From positions 20,014 to 84,013 of the forward strand of contig PSLI01000002.1 in NCBI GenBank assembly GCA_040289515.1: 64,000 bases of DNA, written 5' to 3'. Origin of the DNA: Candidatus Sysuimicrobiota bacterium (lineage in GTDB: Bacteria > Sysuimicrobiota > Sysuimicrobiia > Sysuimicrobiales > Sysuimicrobiaceae). Position 1 is the stretch's first letter, and every line of letters starts with the position of its first letter. Shown piece by piece: positions 48,921-57,704 of this stretch. The notes under the pieces were generated by a model, which had not been told where the DNA came from, did no database searches, and saw only the letters and a program-made list of their open reading frames with translations. A program made the position numbers and the translations under genes.

Positions 48921-49613
48921 ATGGATCTGCGGGAAGCACTGTGGACCCTCCACCTCCTGGATGTGGCCATCGGCGAGCGGCAGGGGGCCGCGGATGCCCT
49001 CGCCACCGACACGGGTACCGCCGCACGGCTGGCTGAGCTGCGGGAACGGTTGGAGTCCCTGCGCGCCCGCGCACGGCAGGTGCGTTCCTGCCAGCAAGCC
49101 GCGGAGCTGCAGCTGCAGTCTCTTCGGGAAAAACGGCAACGCCTAGAACGTGAGCTGTACAGCGGGCGGTTGAGCCCGCGGGAGCTGGTGAACCTGCAGC
49201 GGGAGCTGGACGCCTTGGCGCGCCAGTACGCGGAACTGGAGAGCTGGATCCTCGGGCAGATGGAGGAGGCGGAATCTGTGGAGCGGGAGCTGGAAGACCT
49301 GGACCGGGAGCTGCAGCGCCTGGAAGCCGTGTACCGGGAAGCCGTGGAGGACCAGGCGGCGCGGTCCAGGGCCCTGCAGGTGGAGCTACAGACCCTGCGG
49401 CAGCGCAGGGGGGCGCAGGTGGCTTGCATGGATCCGCAGCTGGTGCAGCAGTACGAACGACTACGCCAGCGGCTCCACCCCCCGGTGGCCAAACTGGTGG
49501 GGAAGGCCTGCGGGGGCTGTCACGTAAGCCTGGCCCGCGCCTTCCGGGAGCGGCTGATCTCCGCGCCCGTACCTCTCGCCTGCCCCGCGTGCGGGCGGTT
49601 GCTGGTGCCGTGA
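48921..49613 (+). CDS. COG1579-type coiled-coil protein with C-terminal C4 zinc ribbon
   Basis: Long coiled-coil, then CGGCHVSL...CPACGRLL. It sits upstream of rnhA, as in mycobacterial synteny. Confidence 0.75.
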   Translation: MDLREALWTLHLLDVAIGERQGAADALATDTGTAARLAELRERLESLRARARQVRSCQQAAELQLQSLREKRQRLERELYSGRLSPRELVNLQRELDALARQYAELESWILGQMEEAESVERELEDLDRELQRLEAVYREAVEDQAARSRALQVELQTLRQRRGAQVACMDPQLVQQYERLRQRLHPPVAKLVGKACGGCHVSLARAFRERLISAPVPLACPACGRLLVP

Positions 49614-50242
49614 AGGTGGTGGTGCGTCCCGATGGCGCCTGCCGGGGAAACCCGGGGCCGGCGGGGATCGGGGTGGTGCTGGAGGACGCCTCGGGCCGCG
49701 TCTTGCGGGAGGTGTCTGAGGCCATCGGTCCGGCCACCAACAACGTGGCGGAGTACCGAGCTTTGCTGCGGGGTCTGGAGGAGGCGCGCCGACTGGGCGC
49801 TCGTGAGGTGGAGGTCCGCACCGATAGCCAGCTGGTGGCCCGCCAGCTCCTGGGCCGCTACCGGGTACGGGATCCGGAGCTCAAGAGTTTGTTCGACTCC
49901 GCGCAGAAATCCCTGCAGGCCTTCCAGCGGGTGGTGGTGCGGAGCGTGCCGCGGTCGGAGAACGCAAGGGCGGATCAGCTGGCCAGGCGCGCCGTGGCTA
50001 CTCCGGACCCTGTGGAGGCCTTGGTGCAGGCCGCGCGTGCGGGCCGGGCAGAAGAGGCCGTCGCTCTTTTGCGGCGGCTCTCGGGGGAGGCGGTGCGAGA
50101 GGCTGCGGAGAAGCTGGCGAGAGAGCTAGCGACCCTCCCCCTTCCCAACCGTGGGAAAATAGAAGCGGGAGCGGGCCGGGCGGCCGCGCCGCCCGAGGGC
50201 GGTGAGGAAAGTCCGGGCTCCACAGGGCAGGGTGGTGGGTAA
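49610..50242 (+). CDS. rnhA: ribonuclease HI (C-terminal tail overlaps the rnpB 5' region)
   Basis: DGACRGNPGPAGIGVV, EYRALL, TDSQ and ENARADQLA are catalytic DEDD-type motifs. The last ~80 codons are low complexity. Confidence 0.8.
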   Translation: MKVVVRPDGACRGNPGPAGIGVVLEDASGRVLREVSEAIGPATNNVAEYRALLRGLEEARRLGAREVEVRTDSQLVARQLLGRYRVRDPELKSLFDSAQKSLQAFQRVVVRSVPRSENARADQLARRAVATPDPVEALVQAARAGRAEEAVALLRRLSGEAVREAAEKLARELATLPLPNRGKIEAGAGRAAAPPEGGEESPGSTGQGGG

Positions 50243-50532
50243 CGCCCACCCGGGGTGACCCGAGGGAAAGTGCCACAGAAACATACCGCCGGCCCCGCGA
50301 GGGGACGGTAAGGGTGAAAAGGTGCGGTAAGAGCGCACCGGCGGTGTGGTGACACGCCGGCCAGGCAAACCCCACCCGGAGCAAGGCCGAGTAGGGGGAG
50401 ATGAGGTGGCCCGCCGATCCCCGGGTAGGCCGCTAGAGGCCTCCGGCAACGGAGGTCCCAGAGAGATGGCCGCCACACCGGGGTTCGCCTCGGTGTACAG
50501 AACCCGGCTTACAGGCCCGCTCCCGCCCGGAA
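50163..50532 (+). ncRNA. rnpB: RNase P RNA (bacterial type A)
   Basis: GAGGAAAGTCCGGGCTCCACAGGGCA is the P4 5' strand. GGTAAGGGTGAAAAGGTGCGGTAAGAGCGCACC and ACAGAACCCGGCTTA are also present. P1 pairs GGGAGCGGGCC with GGCCCGCTCCC. Roughly 370 nt. Confidence 0.85.
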
Positions 50533-50577
50533 CGTAGAGGTGGAGGGCACAGGGCCCCAACTCCGGTGGGTGCGAGG

Positions 50578-50838
50578 ATGACCTGCCCGTATTGCAACAG
50601 CGAGAACGTGGTCTGTAACGTCACCATCCGCTGGAACCAGGTGCGAGGAGTTTTCGTGCCACGCCGCGGCCACTACTGCACCACCTGCGGGAAGTCCTTC
50701 GAGCCGACCCCCGAGGATGGGCTGACCCTGGGGTCGGTGGTCCTGGAGGAGATCACCCCAGCCATCCGCAAGCTGCAGGAAAGCGGAGACGTGATCGTTA
50801 TCCGGCACCGGGACGGCGTCCACGAGGTCGTGTACTAG
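50578..50838 (+). CDS. hypothetical C4 zinc-ribbon protein
   Basis: CPYCN...CTTCG. 86 aa. Confidence 0.5.
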   Translation: MTCPYCNSENVVCNVTIRWNQVRGVFVPRRGHYCTTCGKSFEPTPEDGLTLGSVVLEEITPAIRKLQESGDVIVIRHRDGVHEVVY

Positions 50839-50844
50839 CCGCAG

Positions 50845-50866
50845 GCCCACCGCGGTCCGGGTGGGC
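50845..50866 (+). terminator. hairpin GCCCACC-N8-GGTGGGC after the zinc-ribbon gene
   Basis: 7 bp perfect stem. No U-tract follows (TTCCCGCC). Confidence 0.3.
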
Positions 50867-50969
50867 TTCCCGCCATGGTACCTGGTACCGTCTGGACTGG
50901 CGGGCACCGCCGACAGCGCTTGGTGAAGCCGGGCAGGGCCCACGCGCAGCCACCCCCCCCAACCCCCCT

Positions 50970-51398
50970 TTGATGGCGCAGGTGGTGGTGGATCGCCGGG
51001 AGGCGCGGTCAGGCGTCCCGGAGCGGCTGCGGGCCCTCGGGGTGGAAGTGGTGAAGGCCCCCCTGCCCGTGGGCGACTACGTGCCGAGCCCGCGGCTGCG
51101 CCGGGCCTTCCTGCGCCCTCTGTACGTGATCGATGGCAAACGTGTGTACGGACTGCGGCAGGTACACCCCAACTGCGCCCGGGCAGGGCTTGCGATCCTT
51201 CCGGTGACGTACGGCATCCCCACCGTGTTCACGGAGGACGCGGAGGACACCGCCGCGTTTCTGCTGCTGGTGGCGCGGCGGGAGCAGTGGGGACAGGAGG
51301 TCCGCGAGGAGGAGCTGGCGCAGGTCCCGGGCATCGGCAGGGTGTTGGCCCGTCGGATCCGGGAGGCCATGGCGGGCGCCCCCGGCCGGGAAGAGTAG
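50970..51398 (+). CDS. ERCC4 (XPF/Mus81)-like nuclease-fold protein with C-terminal helix-hairpin-helix
   Basis: VVVDRRE...PVGDYV resembles the ERCC4 core. The ERK motif is not evident. C-terminal LAQVPGIGRVLARRIREAM is HhH-like. Low-confidence family call. Confidence 0.4.
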   Translation: MMAQVVVDRREARSGVPERLRALGVEVVKAPLPVGDYVPSPRLRRAFLRPLYVIDGKRVYGLRQVHPNCARAGLAILPVTYGIPTVFTEDAEDTAAFLLLVARREQWGQEVREEELAQVPGIGRVLARRIREAMAGAPGREE

Positions 51399-51415
51399 AT
51401 CGCCCCGCGAGGCCG

Positions 51416-52906
51416 TCAGCGGACCAGGGTGATCCGGCCCTCCACCCGGGGGCTGATGGTTCGCATTTTCTGGATGGCCTCCATGACCGCGTTGGCCATG
51501 ATGGGGCCGTCCACGGGCGACACCAGCACCCGGCCGCCGGCCAGCATGGCGTAGCCGTCCCCGCCGCGCAGCAGGAAGTCGTTGGTGGCGACCGTGTAGG
51601 TGGCTGCGTCGTCCAACGGCCGGTCGCCCACCCGGACGTCCAGGATGCGGGAGCCCGCAGGCCGGGTGGGGTTGAAGGTGTAGCGGAGCCCTGACACCTG
51701 CGGGAAGCGACCCGCTACCTGCTCCCACTGGCTCACGCCGTTCTCCAGGGCCTGACGGATCACCGCCCCGCGCAGTTCCACCTTCACGACCACGTTCCCG
51801 AAGGGCAGCCAGGCCAGGACGTCCTTGCGTGTGATGCGGCCCGCGGGGAACAGGGCGTTGGTGCGGATGCCACCCCCGTTGGTGATGGCCACGTCGGCTC
51901 CCACCGCGGCCCGCATGACGTCCGCGATGAAGTTCCCGAGGTTAGACTCCTGCTGACGGACGGTGGTATTGCGGGCGTCCAGGGGGACCGTGGTCTCGCC
52001 GATGACCACCTCCAGCTCCCGGCTGAGGGCCTGCGCGTAGCGCTCCACCAGCTTGGCCATCTCGGGATCCCGGGGCACCCGTTCGTCCACCGGGACCAGT
52101 TCGTGCTGAGCCCTGCGGGAACCGTCCAGAGCTAGACGCGTCACCCCCAGCCACTTCACGTCCGAGCCCGCCTTCGCCACCAGCCGGCCGTCCACGGTGG
52201 CGGTGAGCGGGTCGTGCTCGTGCCCGCCGATCACCAGGTCCACCTCCGGCACCTGCCGGAGGAGCTGCTGATCCTCGGACACGCTGAGGTGCGTAAGGGC
52301 CACGATGACCCGGGCCCCGCGGGCGCGGAGGATGCGGACCACTTCCCGGGCGACGGCGATCACGTTGCCGAAGGTGGTGTTGCCTGGGCTGGACAGCACC
52401 GCGGTTTCCTCCGTGAGCAGGCCCACCACGCCCACGGGGACTCCCTCCGGGGAGAGGACCAGCCACGGCTTCACGCCGGGAAAGGGGCGCAGCCCAGGGG
52501 CGAACACGTTGCTCACCACCCACGGGAAGCGGGACTCCCGCACGCGCCGAGCGAGCTCCTCCGGCCCGTAGTCGAACTCGTGGTTGCCGAAGGTGGCGGC
52601 GTCCACGCCCAGCTGGTTGAGGCCCTCAATCATCTGGGCCCCCTTAAACACGGAGGACTCCACCGAAGGGGAGATGAGGTCCCCCGCGAACAGGAGAAGC
52701 TTCGGCCCCTTCTGGGCCCGGTAGCGCTTCACCACGGTGGCGAACCGGTCGAACCCGCCCAGCTTGCCCCCGTCCGTGGGGCCCAGCTGGTAGACGTCGT
52801 TGAAGTGCAGGATCGTGAGGACCGGCGGCCGGCCGGAGCCAGTCCCTGCGGCCAGGAGCGCCAGTACGAGGGCGAAGCCAACCAGCTGGATCTTACGGGT
52901 CGTCAT
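51416..52906 (-). CDS. secreted bifunctional metallophosphatase / 5'-nucleotidase (UshA family)
   Basis: Signal peptide. GDLISPS and GNHEFD in the metallophosphatase domain. C-terminal 5'-nucleotidase domain. RBS GGGGGAGGG. Confidence 0.85.
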   Translation of the reverse strand: MTTRKIQLVGFALVLALLAAGTGSGRPPVLTILHFNDVYQLGPTDGGKLGGFDRFATVVKRYRAQKGPKLLLFAGDLISPSVESSVFKGAQMIEGLNQLGVDAATFGNHEFDYGPEELARRVRESRFPWVVSNVFAPGLRPFPGVKPWLVLSPEGVPVGVVGLLTEETAVLSSPGNTTFGNVIAVAREVVRILRARGARVIVALTHLSVSEDQQLLRQVPEVDLVIGGHEHDPLTATVDGRLVAKAGSDVKWLGVTRLALDGSRRAQHELVPVDERVPRDPEMAKLVERYAQALSRELEVVIGETTVPLDARNTTVRQQESNLGNFIADVMRAAVGADVAITNGGGIRTNALFPAGRITRKDVLAWLPFGNVVVKVELRGAVIRQALENGVSQWEQVAGRFPQVSGLRYTFNPTRPAGSRILDVRVGDRPLDDAATYTVATNDFLLRGGDGYAMLAGGRVLVSPVDGPIMANAVMEAIQKMRTISPRVEGRITLVR

Positions 52907-52970
52907 GGGCATCCCTCCCCCGTTAGGATAGGGCTCCGGGTCGCCGGATACCAAGGGTTACCATGGGGCC

Positions 52971-53948
52971 ATGAGGCGGTGGCTTCGGGTGGCGAAGGAT
53001 GCGGTCCGGGGCTTTCAGGTGCACGACGGCCCGGTGCTGGCCGCTGCCATCGCATACCACGCCCTGCTGTCCGTCTTTCCCCTGTTCGTGGTGGCGCTGG
53101 CCGCGGCCGCTACCTTCGTGGACGAGCACGCGGTACAGGCGGCGCTGGCCCGCACCCTGGCTTTGTACCTGCCACCGGAGGCGTTGGAGGAGATCCTCCG
53201 GAACGTGGCAGAGGCCAAGCGGGCGAGGGGCCCCGTAGGAACGGTGGCGGCTGCGGGGTTCCTGTGGGCGTCCAGCGCCGCCGCAGGGGTGGCCCGCCGT
53301 GCCCTGAACCGCATCTGGGACGTCCGGACCTCGGGGCCGTGGTGGAAGCGCAAGCCGTTGGAGGTGGTCGCCACCGTGGTCGTGGCGGGGATCTTCGGGG
53401 CCTCCTTGCTGGGCTCCGTGGCCCTGCCGGCCGTGGAACGGCTGGGCATGGCCGTTCCAGGCCTCGCCCGGCTGGCGCGGTACCTTTCGGCCCTGGGGGC
53501 GCCTGCGGTGCTTGCGTTCCTGGCCTTCCTGTGGGTTTACCGGGTGCTGCCGCACCGGCGGAGCAGCTGGCGCGAACTGTGGCCGGGAGCGTTGGTGGCG
53601 GCGGTGCTGTTCGAGCTAAGCCGCCAGGTGGTGTTCTGGAGTGTGGGCCGCGTGGTCCATTACCAGCTGGTGTACGGGTCGCTGGGCGGGGTGGTGGTGT
53701 TCCTGGTGTGGGGGTACGGGGTGGCCGCCGGATTCCTCTTCGGTGCGGAGGTCAGCCGTGCGGTGAACGAACAGCGGGGAGCCGCCCCGCGCGGGTGCGG
53801 CGGAGCGGGCCACGGGGTCACGGGACCAGGACCGGGCGGCCCAGCACGCGGCCGCGGCCACCAGATCCAGGGCCTCGTTCACCCGGGAAAGAGGCAGCGG
53901 ACGTGTGTGCCAGCGAAGCGGCCCGAACGGGCGAGTTCCACGACCTGA
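52971..53948 (+). CDS. YihY/BrkB family membrane protein
   Basis: Polytopic protein with YihY-like sequence. The low-complexity C-terminal ~50 aa are probably read-through over a gene remnant. Confidence 0.7.
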   Translation: MRRWLRVAKDAVRGFQVHDGPVLAAAIAYHALLSVFPLFVVALAAAATFVDEHAVQAALARTLALYLPPEALEEILRNVAEAKRARGPVGTVAAAGFLWASSAAAGVARRALNRIWDVRTSGPWWKRKPLEVVATVVVAGIFGASLLGSVALPAVERLGMAVPGLARLARYLSALGAPAVLAFLAFLWVYRVLPHRRSSWRELWPGALVAAVLFELSRQVVFWSVGRVVHYQLVYGSLGGVVVFLVWGYGVAAGFLFGAEVSRAVNEQRGAAPRGCGGAGHGVTGPGPGGPARGRGHQIQGLVHPGKRQRTCVPAKRPERASSTT

Positions 53949-54110
53949 TGCAGCTGGGGAAGGGAGCCCCAAACGCTGGTGGTGAGATGCGGCTCCTCCG
54001 GCACGTCTCCGAAACCGAAGGGCACTCGTCCTCCCGTGGCACCCACCTGGACCAGTACCCCGCCGGGCTGCAGGGCGCGTAGGCCGAGCTGCAGGCTGGC
54101 CGTAGGAACC
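53879..54110 (-). pseudogene. C-terminal fragment of a zinc-type (MDR) alcohol dehydrogenase / quinone oxidoreductase
   Basis: [22 protein letters not shown]...LPQLHQVVELARSGRFAGTHVRCLFPG resembles an MDR C-terminus. No N-terminal catalytic domain is present upstream. Confidence 0.25.
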
Positions 54111-54302
54111 CACGAAGTCCAGCACCACCCGGGCGGGGCTTGGCTTCTCGGAGGGGCGCAAGACCCGGTCCGCCCCCAGTTCCGCAACCGACGAGGATTT
54201 TTCCCGCTGCCGCTCCACCACCTCCGGGGATGAAGGGCGTGGTGGTGGTCCGGTAGTGCACCGCGCAAGCTGCGGGTCGGATGGAATTCAAAGGAGGCCG
54301 AG

Positions 54303-54698
54303 ATGCCGTCAGACGAGGAACGGGCCGTGCTGCAGCAGGTGGAGGCCTTCGTGCACGCGTGGAACCGGGGGATGCCAGGGCCGCTGCCGCCTTCTACGCG
54401 GAGGATGGTATGCGCGTTGGGCGCCTTCGGTGAGGAGGCGCGGGGTCGGGCGCAGATCGAGGCAGCCTTTGAGGAGCTGCTCCGCAAGACCATGGCGGGG
54501 GCAACGGTGCGGATGGAGCCGGGGAGTGTCCGGATGCTGTCTTTGGAGTTCTGGGTGTGGCAGGGCAGGTTCGAGATCGCCTTGCCCGACCAGAAGACGG
54601 CGCTGAAGGGTCACGCGGTGCAGGTGATGCAGGAGGTCCAGGGCCGCTGGCGGGTGCTCGAGGGGCACCCGAAACTGTTCCCCTCACGCGCACAGTGA
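54303..54698 (+). CDS. NTF2/SnoaL-like (DUF4440-type) protein with an internal out-of-frame segment
   Basis: VEAFVHAWNRG...GAFGEEARGRAQIEAAFEEL. The expected GDARAAAAFYAEDGMRVG segment is encoded in the -1 frame between about 54370 and 54425. Confidence 0.5.
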   Translation: MPSDEERAVLQQVEAFVHAWNRGMPGPLPPSTRRMVCALGAFGEEARGRAQIEAAFEELLRKTMAGATVRMEPGSVRMLSLEFWVWQGRFEIALPDQKTALKGHAVQVMQEVQGRWRVLEGHPKLFPSRAQ

Positions 54699-54726
54699 CG
54701 GAACGGTTCTGGTAGGAATCCCGCCC

Positions 54727-54845
54727 GTGGGTGCAGAACTACCCACCGGGGGCTGGGACCGTGCGTGGGTAATATAGAGCCAGAAAAGCCAGGGGGTGAC
54801 CACGGTGAGGCAGAACTACCCACCGGGGGCCGGGACCGTGGGTGG
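54727..54845. repeat. tandem direct repeat (two ~38 bp copies) each with internal palindrome TACCCAC-N18-GTGGGTA
   Basis: (G)CAGAACTACCCACCGGGGGCYGGGACCGTGSGTGGGT occurs at about 54729-54768 and again at 54808-54847, with one or two mismatches. Confidence 0.6.
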
Positions 54846-54870
54846 GTGTTCCCCGCGGGGAGCTTGTGTG

Positions 54871-55992
54871 GCTGTCCGGCTGGCGATTGTGGCGATGGCC
54901 CTGGCGCTGGCGGCGGGTCCGGCCAGCGGCCAGGCGGCGATCCCGGAAGACCAGGAGCTCGCGGTGGGCCGCGCGGTGGCCGCACAACTGGTGGCCCAGT
55001 ACGGGCTGGTGGTGGACCCCGAATGGCTCGCCTTCCTGGCGAACCTGCGGGATCGGTTGGTGCCCTTCTCCGGGCGGCCGAGCATTCCCTACCAGCTGGC
55101 CCTCCTGGAGCACCCGGAGCCCAACGCGGTGAGCACCCCGGGCTGGATCTTCGTGACCACGGGGCTGGTGCGTCTGGGGTTAGGGGTGGACGCGTGGGCC
55201 TTTGTCCTGGGGCACGAGGTGGCGCACACCGCCCGACGACACGTGGCGCAGCACGTGGCGCGCTACCAGGTGGGGCAGATCGCCAGCATCCTGGCCGCCA
55301 TCCTAACGGGTAGCCGCGCCGCAGGGGATCTGGTGCAGGTGCTGCTGCAGATCTCCACCCTCGGATTCTCGCGCGAGCTGGAGCTGGAGGCCGACCGGGA
55401 GGCGCTGCGGATGCTGGTGGAAGCCGGGTTTGACCCGCAGGCGGGCCCGGGCACCCTGAGCTGGTTCAACGAGGTTACCGGACGGCGGCGGGAAAATACC
55501 CACTGGGCCGGCACCCACCCCGGGTTTGCGGACCGCGTGCAGGCGGTGCGGCGGGCGTACGAGGATCTGGCGGGCCGGGGTTTCCCGCTGCGGGTCCGGT
55601 ACTTCCGCCACGTCCACGAGGTGGGGCCGGTGCGCCTGCGACCCCTGCGGCTGGCGGAGATGAGGGATTCCTGGCAGCTCCTCTTGGCCGTAGAGAACGG
55701 CACCGACCGATCCCTGGTGCTCGGCACCCTGGAAGCTACTCTCCACAGCCCGGATGGGCCGCTCGCCGTGCGCTTCCTGCGCTCTACCTTGCCCGGGGAA
55801 GTCCCCCCTCGCGGCCGGGCGGAGGGGCTGCTGGTGTTCGACAGGCGCACATCTAGCTGGCCCAGCGCCCTGGCAATGCCCGTGGGATCGGGGCCGGAGC
55901 GGATGGAGGTGGGGTTGGACCTGAGCTCGGGAGGGCCCTTCGCTCCGACCCCGCAACCCAGCCCGCTTCCCCGGCCACCCGCGCTGCCGTGA
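54871..55992 (+). CDS. secreted M48-family zinc metallopeptidase
   Basis: Signal peptide VAVRLAIVAMALALAAGPASGQAA. HEVAH zinc motif. Start is uncertain; the track ORF begins at 54796. Confidence 0.7.
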   Translation, partial: AVRLAIVAMALALAAGPASGQAAIPEDQELAVGRAVAAQLVAQYGLVVDPEWLAFLANLRDRLVPFSGRPSIPYQLALLEHPEPNAVSTPGWIFVTTGLVRLGLGVDAWAFVLGHEVAHTARRHVAQHVARYQVGQIASILAAILTGSRAAGDLVQVLLQISTLGFSRELELEADREALRMLVEAGFDPQAGPGTLSWFNEVTGRRRENTHWAGTHPGFADRVQAVRRAYEDLAGRGFPLRVRYFRHVHEVGPVRLRPLRLAEMRDSWQLLLAVENGTDRSLVLGTLEATLHSPDGPLAVRFLRSTLPGEVPPRGRAEGLLVFDRRTSSWPSALAMPVGSGPERMEVGLDLSSGGPFAPTPQPSPLPRPPALP

Positions 55993-56261
55993 GCACATGG
56001 TGTCCTCGCTCCGGGAACGCCGCCGGAAGTTCCTCGAGATGGCCTGGCGGATGCGGCGCGGATGCTGGGGACGGCTTCGGAGGCGGATCGCGAGGAGACC
56101 CGTGCAGCCTTCCGGCGGTGGCTGCCGGACGCTTTGGAGGACCTCGAGGGCCTGATCTACCTCGGGGAGCTGGAAACGGAAGGGCCTGGGCCGTGAGCCA
56201 GCAGGGCACAGGGGCGAGCGGGCGCAGTTTCCGGTGAAAACACGAAACGCCTGAGCCTCCC

Positions 56262-56819
56262 TCAATGCCGCTCGGGACGCTTGAGCCGCTCCTGATAGCG
56301 GGAGCGGAACTTTGCCAGCTTCGGTGCAATGACCGCGGCGCAATACGGCTGGTCGGGGTGGCGGCGATAGTAATCTCGGTGGTACTCCTCCGCCGGGTAA
56401 AACTGTGTGAGGGGGACCACCTCCGTGACGATGGGGTCGGGCCAGATGCGCTCCTGCTCCAGCTGCCGGATGAGCTCCCGGGCGATGCGCTCCTGCTCGG
56501 GGCTGTGGGTGAAGATGGCGGAGCGGTACTGGTGGCCCACGTCCGGACCCTGGCGGTTGGGGGTGGTGGGATCGTGCACCGCGAAGAACACTTCCAGCAG
56601 CTCGCGGTACGAGATCTGGTGGGGGTCGAAGGTCACCTGCACGGCCTCCGCGTGCCCCGTGGTGCCGGTGCACACCTGCTCGTAGGTGGGGTTGGGCACG
56701 TGGCCCCCCGCGTACCCTGCGACCACGTCCACCACGCCCGAAAGTTCCTGGAACACCGCCTCTGTGCACCAGAAGCAGCCGCCGGCGAGCGTGGCCACCT
56801 CCGTCTGTCGCTCTCCCAT
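56262..56819 (-). CDS. msrA: peptide methionine sulfoxide reductase MsrA
   Basis: GCFWC active-site motif and typical MsrA sequence. Confidence 0.9.
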   Translation of the reverse strand: MGERQTEVATLAGGCFWCTEAVFQELSGVVDVVAGYAGGHVPNPTYEQVCTGTTGHAEAVQVTFDPHQISYRELLEVFFAVHDPTTPNRQGPDVGHQYRSAIFTHSPEQERIARELIRQLEQERIWPDPIVTEVVPLTQFYPAEEYHRDYYRRHPDQPYCAAVIAPKLAKFRSRYQERLKRPERH

Positions 56820-56831
56820 GCTCCCACCTCC

Positions 56832-57596
56832 TCAGCCCAGGATAGCCTGCCGGAGGGCCCGGGTGAACTGCGCCGTGGTGTGGGACCCCCCGAGATCCGG
56901 GGTGCGGGCGCCCTGGGCCAGGGCCGCGCGCACGGCCTCCTCCAGAAAGCGGCCCGCGCGGGAGGCCGCGGGGTCGCGGGGGCGGCGGCCCAGCCAGTCG
57001 AACAGCATGGCTGCAGACAGCACTTCGGCGATGGGGTTGGCGATCCCCTTACCCGCGATGTCCGGCGCGAGCCCGTGCACGGCCTGTGCCATCGCGTGGT
57101 GCTCCCCCGCGTTGAGGGACGGAGCCAGGCCCAGGCTGCCCACCAGGCCCGCGGCCTGGCCGCTGAGGATGTCACCGAACAGGTTGGTGGTCACCAGGAC
57201 GTCGTAGCGCTGCCGGTCGCGCACGAGGGAGTAGGCCGCCGCGTCCACGTGGGCGTCGTCGAAGGCCACGTCTGGGTAGCCGGCGGCCACCTCGCGGCAG
57301 CAGTCTAGGAACAGGCCGTCCCCGCGCCGTAGCACGTTGAGCTTGTGCACCACGGTGACACGCACAGGCCGCCCGCGCTGCGCGGCGCGGCGCCGCGCCA
57401 GGTCGGAGGCGTACTGCGCGATGCGCAGGCACTCCCGACGGCTGACCACCCGGAGGCTCACCACCATCTCCGGGCTAATCCGAAGCTCCGCGTCCCCTTC
57501 CAGCACGTTGCGGTCCGCGTAGAAGCGCTCCGTGTTCCCCACCACCACCAGGTTCACGGCCTCGTACCGGCTGGGGACTCCGGGGAGGGTGCGCAT
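56832..57596 (-). CDS. isocitrate/isopropylmalate dehydrogenase family protein lacking the N-terminal ~100 aa (possible truncated gene)
   Basis: Aligns to IPMDH from the RENTEG-like region (VVVGNTERFY) through LVTTNLFGDILSGQAAGLVGSLGL and GLAPDIAGKGIANP. No GDGIGPEV N-terminus in any frame. The upstream space is taken by the divergent thiolase gene. Confidence 0.5.
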   Translation of the reverse strand: MRTLPGVPSRYEAVNLVVVGNTERFYADRNVLEGDAELRISPEMVVSLRVVSRRECLRIAQYASDLARRRAAQRGRPVRVTVVHKLNVLRRGDGLFLDCCREVAAGYPDVAFDDAHVDAAAYSLVRDRQRYDVLVTTNLFGDILSGQAAGLVGSLGLAPSLNAGEHHAMAQAVHGLAPDIAGKGIANPIAEVLSAAMLFDWLGRRPRDPAASRAGRFLEEAVRAALAQGARTPDLGGSHTTAQFTRALRQAILG

Positions 57597-57704
57597 CTGG
57601 CAGACCAACACGAAAAAGCCCGGAACGGGCTCGTAGCGGCCGCTGGCCGCCCGCAGCCGGCTTCCGTATCCTGGAAGGGAGCGTTTTGGGTCGGAGGTGC
57701 GCAG

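Noticed and set aside
55993-56197. In-frame open continuation (74 codons) after the M48 peptidase TGA stop, including a possible 45-codon ATG ORF (56062..56197) encoding an acidic peptide.
   Set aside because: No SECIS-like or recoding signal was seen. Open frames after stops are expected by chance at this GC content, and there is no RBS for the internal ATG.
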